In this document: positions 56,659 to 64,000 of the stretch, piece by piece
Position numbering within the stretch: position 1 is the first letter of the stretch
Layout of the letters: every line of letters starts with the position of its first letter
Source: a virus
Reading direction: 5' to 3' (one strand)
Virus record (IMG/VR): IMGVR_UViG_3300034284_002638
Span: 1-64,000 of that record
DNA: 64,000 nucleotides
Translations under genes and position numbers: made by a program
The notes under the pieces: model-generated
Told to the model about the DNA's origin: nothing
The model's database searches: none
Seen by the model: the letters and a program-made list of their open reading frames with translations, nothing else

Positions 56659-57155
56659 TCGGAACCTCCGCGAACTATGTCGTTAACTCGATCATCCTTG
56701 TTTTTGAAAACTATGTCCGTATGAAGTTTGTCCATCTCCTTTCGAACCATATGTCCTCTGCTCATGGCGTTCTCGTGCGCCTTGTCCCACGCCTTGAGAT
56801 GCTGCTTTAGAAGAGTGACCTTGTGCTTGGCGCCTATGATCTCCCTCTTGGCCTCACACACATTTGAATCCTTCTTGGCGTTCGCCTCCGCCAACTTATC
56901 GGTACATCCCTCCTCCTTGCTTTTCTCGTACGAGGCTGCAAAAAGCACATCGTGCTCGTACTCTTTAAAAGCCAATATGGCCTCCGCCTCGGCAAGCTTC
57001 TGGCTGAAGTAGTCATACCATAGAGCCAGATTCTCCATGAAGTTATTAAGACTAATCTCGTTAAAGGCAAGTCTGGAGTTGTCCAGCGTTATGTCTTGCC
57101 CTCCGACCTTTATAGATGTCTGAACTTGCGGGGGCGAATTATCAAAATTTGTCAT
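56655..57155 (-). CDS. UvsY-like recombination mediator
   Basis: Helical, ~160 aa, in the replication cluster. Confidence 0.5.
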   Translation of the reverse strand: MTNFDNSPPQVQTSIKVGGQDITLDNSRLAFNEISLNNFMENLALWYDYFSQKLAEAEAILAFKEYEHDVLFAASYEKSKEEGCTDKLAEANAKKDSNVCEAKREIIGAKHKVTLLKQHLKAWDKAHENAMSRGHMVRKEMDKLHTDIVFKNKDDRVNDIVRGGSE

Positions 57156-58759
57156 GCTTCCTCCAAACTTGGTTGTATATCAGGCGAGTCAGGATCGTCA
57201 TATCCGACATCATCCTTAAACTTGCCTACCTTTTTCTTGAGTGTATCAACTTGGGCGTCGACATCCGAAGCCTTGTTGGTCTTCTTGAAAGAGTATTCGC
57301 GCCATATTTTATTGTATTCTGCTTCGCTTATCTGGTTCATCTGCAGGGTGTTTTTTGTGCCCTTGCCGCTCTCAAATTTAACCCAGCATGTAAATCTACT
57401 TTTTCCGTGTCGATGCTTGATGACAAATATCCTGCCTATGCCTGCTTCCTTTTCTGCCTGCATTTGGTTGATAGACCAACAGCCGTCAAGGGGCCGAATC
57501 TGTCCGTAAGAGTCCGCAAGGTTCGTGTCGTCTATGACTCCGTCCCCACCATGAAGGCCACCGTCCTTCTTTTGTGCTTCTCTGGCGTCCTTGTTCGGCT
57601 GCATGGCGGTGAATATGCAGATGTTATCCTCGGTCGCCAGACCTCTCAGATCCCTAACTATTCTGTATCTGGATTCATATGTCGGTATTCCAGGATAATC
57701 CTTCATCTCGCCGATGTAGTCAATCACGAGAAGATCCGGCTTAAAACCAACCATCTGAAGCTGCTGCATGTAAGCCCTGAGCGTGGCCACGGTCATGCTT
57801 CCGGCTGGAAACTGCTTTATGACAAGAGTGCGTTTGTCTTCGTGATCCTTGATGTGCTCTTCAAAAGCAGCCTTGACCTTGGTCTTGAGTTCCTGAAGTT
57901 TGTTGATATCAACCTCGGCGAGCTGGGCATCAAACCTTTCGGCTATCGCATCCTCGCCCATCTCGAGCGATATATACAAAACCCTTTTGCCAAGTTGCTT
58001 TACATTTTTGAGAGCGGCACCGACCAACGCAAGACTCTTTCCGCTTCCACTGAGGCCTATCCAAGAGTATATCTCGCCCCTGTGAGGTCCGCCTCCAAGA
58101 AGCGCGTCGTCTATCGCCTCAAACCCGCTCGTGAACCTCTCGCGGGTCTCCTCTTCCTTCTCCATCCTCGCATACCTCTCCTCAAAGGTATCGAAGTAGA
58201 TCAAGCCCTCCTCAAAATTTCTGTCCACAAGAAGCGCGTTCTTAAGGAGATCTTGAATCTTAGCCCATGTCGTCTCGCTTTCTGGGTCGCGACGAATCAA
58301 TCCAAGAGACTGGTCGAAAGCAGACTTAAGTCCCATCAACTTGGCAAAGTTAACTATCTTGTCTAAGAGACATTCTCTGGTCTCGAGGCCGGGTACATAT
58401 TTTTTGTAAATAAGTTCAGCTTCGGCAGTATAGTGAAACTTCGTCTGATCGTCCCTATTTGCGATCTTGTCCTTGACCTCCTGCATAACGAGGGTCTTGA
58501 TTGGAATCAACTTATATTTGTCTATGTAGTCAAAAAGAATTCTACAGATAAGCTGGTGTCGCTCATCTATAAAATAGGACGGCTTGATAAGGTCGCGACA
58601 CTGGGTGCAGAACCACCTGTCGTTCAACAGAAGGCCAACTATCGTCCTCTGGAAGTCCTCGTCCCATTGATATTTTTCATTGGATTCTTGGGCGTCCGGA
58701 TCCGTCAGCGCCTCAATCTCCATCTGCTCCTCGGGGGACAAGTATTCGTTTTCTTCCAT
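57152..58759 (-). CDS. dnaB: DnaB/gp41-like replicative helicase
   Basis: GLSGSGKS, YISLEM, IDYIG, TAMQ, LADS, KHRHG. Confidence 0.88.
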   Translation of the reverse strand: MEENEYLSPEEQMEIEALTDPDAQESNEKYQWDEDFQRTIVGLLLNDRWFCTQCRDLIKPSYFIDERHQLICRILFDYIDKYKLIPIKTLVMQEVKDKIANRDDQTKFHYTAEAELIYKKYVPGLETRECLLDKIVNFAKLMGLKSAFDQSLGLIRRDPESETTWAKIQDLLKNALLVDRNFEEGLIYFDTFEERYARMEKEEETRERFTSGFEAIDDALLGGGPHRGEIYSWIGLSGSGKSLALVGAALKNVKQLGKRVLYISLEMGEDAIAERFDAQLAEVDINKLQELKTKVKAAFEEHIKDHEDKRTLVIKQFPAGSMTVATLRAYMQQLQMVGFKPDLLVIDYIGEMKDYPGIPTYESRYRIVRDLRGLATEDNICIFTAMQPNKDAREAQKKDGGLHGGDGVIDDTNLADSYGQIRPLDGCWSINQMQAEKEAGIGRIFVIKHRHGKSRFTCWVKFESGKGTKNTLQMNQISEAEYNKIWREYSFKKTNKASDVDAQVDTLKKKVGKFKDDVGYDDPDSPDIQPSLEEA

Positions 58760-58787
58760 TGTTGGCCTAATAGAGCGAGCGAAGGGT

Positions 58788-59822
58788 TCAGTTTTCGAAA
58801 ATTCTGTTGTGCGTGTTGTTCACTCTAATGAATTTGCAGCATTTGCTCAAGTCCTTGAGGCTCTCGGTGCCAACATATGTGCAAGTGCTTCTTAATCCAC
58901 CGAGAATTTCCTGGATGGTATGTTCTACAGGCCCCTTGTACGGAACTTTTGCGGAACGACCCTCGGAGGCTCTATAGTTCGCAACTCCTCCGTTGAACTT
59001 CTCCATAGCCTCCTTGCTGCTCATTCCGTAAAAATTCATGAAGGACTTCTTGCCGGACTGATCGTACTCCCAGTCGGCCTCGCACTCGTCGTGGCCCGCG
59101 AGCATACCACCGAGCATCACAAAGTCGGCTCCGGCGCCGAAGGCCTTGGCTATATCGCCAGGGCATGTGCAGCCTCCGTCGGCGACGATGTGTCCACGCA
59201 ATCCATGAGCGGCGTCTGCGCATTCAAGGCACGCACTAAGTTGGGGAAACCCCACGCCAGTTACGATTCTCGTGGTACAAGCCGAGCCTGGGCCTATTCC
59301 TATCTTGACAATATCCACTCCTCCCGAAAGCAACAGTTCTTGAACCATCTCCGGAGTGCAGACATTGCCGGCCATCAGAACAGAATCTTTGAACTTGTCC
59401 CTCAACTGCTTGCATTTTTCCACGAAAAACTTCGTATAACCGTTCGCCACATCAAGACAGATGTGCATGGGCGCGGAGCCGAATGCCTTTTGAAAGGCGG
59501 ACAACTTTTCAAAATCCTCGTCCTTGATCCCTAGGGTGTAAAAAGCTTGATCTTTTCGGAAAAATTCAACAAGTTGCTGAATTGAGTAGTGCTTATGCAA
59601 ACAAGTGGCCAAGCCAAATTTAGAAAAGACCTCACTCATGGCAAAGGTGCCGACCGTGCTCATGTTGGCCGCCACTATAGGAACGCCTTCCCAGTGAGAG
59701 CCGGAATTCAAAAAAGTGAATTTTCGGGTCAGTTCAACATTTCGGCGGCTTGGAGATTCAGACCTCTTCGGACAGATGAGAACATCCGAATAGTCCAGCT
59801 TCACTTCGTTTTCAATCCTCAT
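58788..59822 (-). CDS. guaC: GMP reductase
   Basis: [36 protein letters not shown]. Confidence 0.92.
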   Translation of the reverse strand: MRIENEVKLDYSDVLICPKRSESPSRRNVELTRKFTFLNSGSHWEGVPIVAANMSTVGTFAMSEVFSKFGLATCLHKHYSIQQLVEFFRKDQAFYTLGIKDEDFEKLSAFQKAFGSAPMHICLDVANGYTKFFVEKCKQLRDKFKDSVLMAGNVCTPEMVQELLLSGGVDIVKIGIGPGSACTTRIVTGVGFPQLSACLECADAAHGLRGHIVADGGCTCPGDIAKAFGAGADFVMLGGMLAGHDECEADWEYDQSGKKSFMNFYGMSSKEAMEKFNGGVANYRASEGRSAKVPYKGPVEHTIQEILGGLRSTCTYVGTESLKDLSKCCKFIRVNNTHNRIFEN

Positions 59823-59841
59823 GTCAACACCTCATTGCCCA

Positions 59842-59870
59842 AATTTAACACACATCATTTTTTTTGTCAA
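59842..59870 (-). promoter_or_regulatory. Sigma70-like promoter
   Basis: TTGACA-N17-TAAATT. Confidence 0.6.
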
Positions 59871-59888
59871 TTGAACTTGTTTAACAAT

Positions 59889-60167
59889 ATGGGAAGAAAA
59901 AAGAAAATTATAGACAAGGTCATAAAGAAAAAGGTAGACAAAAGATGCAAGTTCTGCGGAGAAGAGGAATACTGCTTGCTTGATGTTCACAGGATAGTGC
60001 CCGGGTCATCGGGCGGAAAATACACCGAGACAAATACAGTCACCTCATGCAGCAACTGTCATCGAAAAATACATGATGGAAAAATCAAAATTGACAGAAA
60101 GTACCCTTCAACAAAAGGATGGGTTCTGCATTATTTTGACGAAAAAGGAATAGAACACTGGGACTAG
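59889..60167 (+). CDS. HNH endonuclease
   Basis: CKFC, VHRI, N, CSNCHRKIH. Confidence 0.8.
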   Translation: MGRKKKIIDKVIKKKVDKRCKFCGEEEYCLLDVHRIVPGSSGGKYTETNTVTSCSNCHRKIHDGKIKIDRKYPSTKGWVLHYFDEKGIEHWD

Positions 60168-60721
60168 TTCCCGCCAAGGTAATCAAATTCCGACAGAGAA
60201 ACCATGCCGGTTCTTATGCTCTTTTCTCTCGTGATTCTCTTTCCAAGAGATTTTTGGGCATTCCATGTGATTGCCTTGCAGTAAGTTGCAAACTTAGAGT
60301 CCATTTTCAAATGGGCTTTTTTGTTGGGCCTTTCCTTGGCCGGAACCAATACCTTAGAAAGTTTATCCAGCATCTTCTCTTGGTGCGGACCAAACTTCTG
60401 CTTGTTGGCGCCATGCCTTGTCTTGTTTTTCCATAAATTGGCAAGCCTTTTCAAAACTGACTTGATTACGGGATCCTTGGCGTACTTCTTGCAAGCCTCA
60501 AAGCAAGCCTCAATATAACACTGCCTTTTGTAATACGAGGCCGCTCGCAAAAGAGCCATTCGCATATCTTGCGCTATATCTTCCTGGCTGTCGGTGTGGT
60601 TGTTGCGAGTGTTTTTCTTTATCAACTGCCACGCTTGGTATTCACAAAGTTCTCCAAACTTGCTGTCTAAAAGCAAATATTCCTCTTCTGTAACCGGAAA
60701 AGAATCTTGAATTATCTTCAT
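60164..60721 (-). CDS. Sigma70 region-2-like protein
   Basis: EDIAQDMRMALLRAA..Y and KFATY....WN, SL. Confidence 0.45.
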   Translation of the reverse strand: MKIIQDSFPVTEEEYLLLDSKFGELCEYQAWQLIKKNTRNNHTDSQEDIAQDMRMALLRAASYYKRQCYIEACFEACKKYAKDPVIKSVLKRLANLWKNKTRHGANKQKFGPHQEKMLDKLSKVLVPAKERPNKKAHLKMDSKFATYCKAITWNAQKSLGKRITREKSIRTGMVSLSEFDYLGGN

Positions 60722-62040
60722 GCTGGAACTCCTTCTTTTATATTTTGCATATCATTCAAGCTGTGTCCGAACTTACAAGTTGTTTTTAGTCTGAGTCCTG
60801 GGAACATAGGATCTTCCTCCTCCAAGGCGGCAGATCCTATCTCTTGGATAAATCCGACTTCGTTCTTGTTGCAAAGGACACAATAACCGTCATGTACATG
60901 AAAGCAGATGCCTGCCTTGCCCGAAAGGGCTTCGTGCAAACGCACCAGTTTTCTCAAACAAATCATGCTCGCTGGCGACTGGATACAAAAATTTTTAATC
61001 TTGTACAGTTCGTGGTCTTCAAATTTTCTTCTCCGACCAAAAACATCAGTCGCCGTGTTGTTGCCATCGGTGGTCTGGGAGTTAACCCAGTCAAAGGCAA
61101 CGGGAAAGGTACTATTTAGCTTATATATGAGTTTGGAAGCAATTTCTTCCTTTATGCCCAACTTCTTGGAGAGAGACCTAGCTCCTTGTCCGAAAACAAC
61201 GGGAAGAAATATATTCTTACACAATGTCCGGTGAGAATCGGTTGGATGATCTTGCTGCGTAATCCTACTCCATATCTCCCTATACAAGTCCTTGCCGGAG
61301 TCTAATATCCCTGCAAGGGCAGCATCTCTGCTGAGCCACTGGAGAACATTTACCTCCATGTTCTTATAGTCAAAGTATACGAAAACTTCATCATAGTCTT
61401 TTGGCCTCAGATTGGCTTTCTCATTGGCTCCTATCGAATGAGGGTTATAGGAGGAGAGGCCGTTTTTTACCGCCTTGAGACGCCCGTTTATCTGGCCTTC
61501 TATAACATATGTCGGATATACGCACCTTCTTTTCGCATTGTCTATTAAACAATGCGTTTCAATGTCAGGCATGACCTTGGAAAACAAGGGACGATAGACC
61601 GACCGATAAAAATCGCAAAATCGAGTCCAGCCAGATTCGTTCATGGCCGCACGAAGAATAGCGGCGGCGGAGTTAAATGTTTTAGGCTTGTCTAGCGGAA
61701 AACCGAAATAAGAACAAATGATTGATATGTCGTAGATTCGGCCGACCATCTCTAGGTCTATTTCCGTCTTTCCCTTGAGATAGGTGAACAAATCCTTGAT
61801 GCCCCAGCACATAACCACGCTATTCTCGTCAATAAAATGATAAAGAGAAGAGGCGAGGTAGGAAGAACTTTCAACATCGGCCAAAGAAAGGGACGCCTTC
61901 TTCCCGCCATAATGCAAAACAAGTTCGACACACTCCTCGGAACTCGTCCAGTCCGGACACTCCTTGGAAAGGTAAAGGTAGAGATCCTTCCCCTTCAGCT
62001 GCGGCAGAACTTCTGCGAATTCGGTCATGGTTAAAATCAT
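60718..62040 (-). CDS. Short family-A DNA polymerase-like protein
   Basis: GRL; motif A FDYKNMEV; motif B RTLCKNIFLPVVFG; IQS; motif C VHDG. Confidence 0.75.
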   Translation of the reverse strand: MILTMTEFAEVLPQLKGKDLYLYLSKECPDWTSSEECVELVLHYGGKKASLSLADVESSSYLASSLYHFIDENSVVMCWGIKDLFTYLKGKTEIDLEMVGRIYDISIICSYFGFPLDKPKTFNSAAAILRAAMNESGWTRFCDFYRSVYRPLFSKVMPDIETHCLIDNAKRRCVYPTYVIEGQINGRLKAVKNGLSSYNPHSIGANEKANLRPKDYDEVFVYFDYKNMEVNVLQWLSRDAALAGILDSGKDLYREIWSRITQQDHPTDSHRTLCKNIFLPVVFGQGARSLSKKLGIKEEIASKLIYKLNSTFPVAFDWVNSQTTDGNNTATDVFGRRRKFEDHELYKIKNFCIQSPASMICLRKLVRLHEALSGKAGICFHVHDGYCVLCNKNEVGFIQEIGSAALEEEDPMFPGLRLKTTCKFGHSLNDMQNIKEGVPA

Positions 62041-62072
62041 ACCCGAAAAGGTTTTTTAAATCCAGAGAGATC

Positions 62073-62333
62073 TCACCGCTTGTACAGAGAATACAAGAGA
62101 TTTTTATCTAAATCCTTCAAGGACTTGACTTGGTAGAAGCGAAGTATTGCCATTTCATAAGTGATTCCCTTCCTCTCGGCCAATCTTCTTATGTTCCTCC
62201 TCAATCCCTTGTTCGTCTTCTTACTCTTGCAGGAACTCTTCCAAACAATCTCGGGAACAAGTCTCTTAATATCTTCTTGCATCTTCAATCCTTTGTTCCT
62301 CTGAGAATTATGTTTGTGTAAACCGGGGGCCAT
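62073..62333 (-). CDS. Small basic protein
   Basis: K/R-rich ORF; start uncertain. Confidence 0.45.
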   Translation of the reverse strand: MAPGLHKHNSQRNKGLKMQEDIKRLVPEIVWKSSCKSKKTNKGLRRNIRRLAERKGITYEMAILRFYQVKSLKDLDKNLLYSLYKR

Positions 62334-62337
62334 CCCT

Positions 62338-62662
62338 TAGGGTACACCCTTAATAGAACCTATTCTTTATGATCGAATATGGTCTATTTCAGGATGTGCC
62401 CTAAAGTTCATTCTTCCTTTTGATCCTTTGCAAGTCCCCCGGCTTGAATTATACGACTTTTATTTTTGTACCCATTACGGACCGTGACCCAGGCCCCATG
62501 ACGCATCAAACTAGCGTCGGGTTACACGGGAAAACGCATAGATTTCTCTATGCCAAAAGTCTTTCATCAAGCGGTTCTGCCCCTTAGTTATTTCATACGC
62601 ATCTCAGCGTAAGGCGTAGGACTACAAGGTCGTATAGGACCTTGCGTTCGTGACCCAACACG
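62338..62662. other. Structured intergenic region (ncRNA or origin candidate)
   Basis: Cluster of five or more hairpins. Confidence 0.45.
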
Positions 62663-62691
62663 ATGATCAATCGGTTTTTTGAAGTTCAAGG

Positions 62692-62720
62692 TTGAAGTTT
62701 TCGGTTTCTTAGGTTATAGT
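62692..62720 (+). promoter_or_regulatory. Sigma70-like promoter
   Basis: TTGAAG-N17-TATAGT. Confidence 0.5.
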
Positions 62721-62784
62721 AGTTCATGTTCAAGTTTTCGTTGCCGCGAATCATATCTAATTCCGTTCAAATTGCAAGGTCAAA

Positions 62785-63465
62785 ATGAGAGAGCTAGAGC
62801 CCATCCTCAAGTACAAGATGGACGAGGTCGAGTCCAAGGCCTACAAAATAGCGATAATGTGGCAAGAAGAATGCGAGAGAGAGCTGCCCAAAGAACAGAC
62901 CGTCAAGCTCAAGAAAAACTCAGACCCCAGAAAATCTACGCTTTTTAAATACTGCTACAAACTTGCCAAGGAAATGAAGGGGATATTGCCCGATAACGAT
63001 TTCAGGTTTTATATAAGGGCTCAAATACAGATCCTCAAAAGCATTAGAGAAGGCGAAATTCACGCATTGGTGGAGCCTCATTGTCTTGTAGGCGAAAAGG
63101 CATGGAAAAGATGGAAGGTTTGGAAAAGCAAGTACCAGAGAAAATTGAGAGAATCCTTGACCTCCGATGAAATGGAAATATCAGCAAAGGACTCAAAGGT
63201 CATCGGAGACCTGGAGAATTCATTCAATCTCCTTTCTAGAAGGGGATGTCTTGTTTTTGAAGAATTAGAAAAGAATCAAGAAAACATAGGCAGATGGGTC
63301 AGCAATGGAGAATTATCTTGCTATTACATGGTTATTTCTCCTTGGATGAGAAAAATATTTGGAGATTTAGATGAATTCAATTTTGACAAGACATACTACA
63401 GATCCGCAATAAATCCTCATATTGATCAATTTTTTAGGACCAAGTTCAGCCATGAGTATCTTTGA
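62785..63465 (+). CDS. Hypothetical protein
   Basis: 226-aa ORF. Confidence 0.6.
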   Translation: MRELEPILKYKMDEVESKAYKIAIMWQEECERELPKEQTVKLKKNSDPRKSTLFKYCYKLAKEMKGILPDNDFRFYIRAQIQILKSIREGEIHALVEPHCLVGEKAWKRWKVWKSKYQRKLRESLTSDEMEISAKDSKVIGDLENSFNLLSRRGCLVFEELEKNQENIGRWVSNGELSCYYMVISPWMRKIFGDLDEFNFDKTYYRSAINPHIDQFFRTKFSHEYL

Positions 63466-63862
63466 TAAAGATGATGAAAATAAAGATGATATAACTAGGT
63501 TTCAAATACTTAATAAGAGAGGCTCTTACTTTGTCATGTACAAAGGGTGGGCCTACAATCTCTCTCCCTCATCATATACTCAGATGAGTCTTTCCCCCGC
63601 GATCCTTGGTGTGGATTCTTTTTTGAAAGAAGGATCAAAAATAAAAGGAATTGACGGTAACTTAACGCTGGCGAGTTGCCCAGACTGGTTTTTGGGCTGT
63701 GATGTTAGGATAGAATTTCAAGAAAGGCTTCTTGACGGATGGGTTTATTCGCTCCATGCCGAGTCACTTAATGTAAAAAACTTTCACAGAGTTTGGATAT
63801 GTCCATACTTGAAGTTCTTTTTTGAAAATCCTCCACCTAAGCTTTTCCTATCCTTGGAATGA
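63452..63862 (+). CDS. DUF6717-like protein
   Basis: GWVY...WICPYLKFFFENPP. Confidence 0.5.
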   Translation: MSIFDKDDENKDDITRFQILNKRGSYFVMYKGWAYNLSPSSYTQMSLSPAILGVDSFLKEGSKIKGIDGNLTLASCPDWFLGCDVRIEFQERLLDGWVYSLHAESLNVKNFHRVWICPYLKFFFENPPPKLFLSLE

Positions 63863-64000
63863 TTTGGGATGCACAAGATAAGCCTCGTCGGCCACGGTGA
63901 GATATATCGACTCCTCATCTATCTTCAAACATAGCGAAGAAAGGAATTCAACAAAGTGCTTGAATTTTTCATCGCCATGAAATGCAACTTCGTATCGCTC

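Noticed and set aside
50996-58366. Long antisense ORFs (50996-52138, 52170-53132, 57116-58366; likewise 9226-10278, 33689-34702, 43012-43677, 46174-46737)
   Set aside because: Shadow frames opposite well-supported genes, with no motifs.

Overview
This window looks like 64 kb of a large (jumbo-type) dsDNA bacteriophage genome: dense, overlapping genes and sigma70-like promoters, with no rRNA, tRNA or CRISPR array seen. All family assignments come from motifs read by eye; no database search was run. (1) 1-18.6 kb, minus strand: several glycosyltransferases, HldE, a cupin sugar isomerase, ThyX, a ClpP-like protease and a prkA-yeaH-spoVR operon. spoVR carries a LAGLIDADG intein and yeaH apparently needs an AUU start. 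(2) 18.6-43.0 kb, plus strand: about 65 small, translationally coupled ORFs. 32 of these, plus one 3' remnant, are very divergent ~80-150 aa paralogs of one family I do not recognise, sharing an N-terminal KLYxILxxRF-like helix, a central WxxYLxxLG and a C-terminal [PD]xExAxKxLxLGx(x)P motif. The array also holds dispersed gene duplicates, domain swaps, a tnpB element, a second orphan tnpB-type end and a ~140-nt structured RNA candidate. (3) 43-64 kb, mostly minus strand: replication/recombination genes (TnsA-like nuclease, dNMP kinase, Ski2/Hel308-like helicase, RecA/UvsX, gp32-like SSB, UvsY-like, DnaB-like helicase, GuaC, HNH, sigma-like protein, short family-A polymerase), a Pro/Ser/Thr repeat protein and a structured intergenic region. 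The paralog array is the best candidate for an undescribed system.
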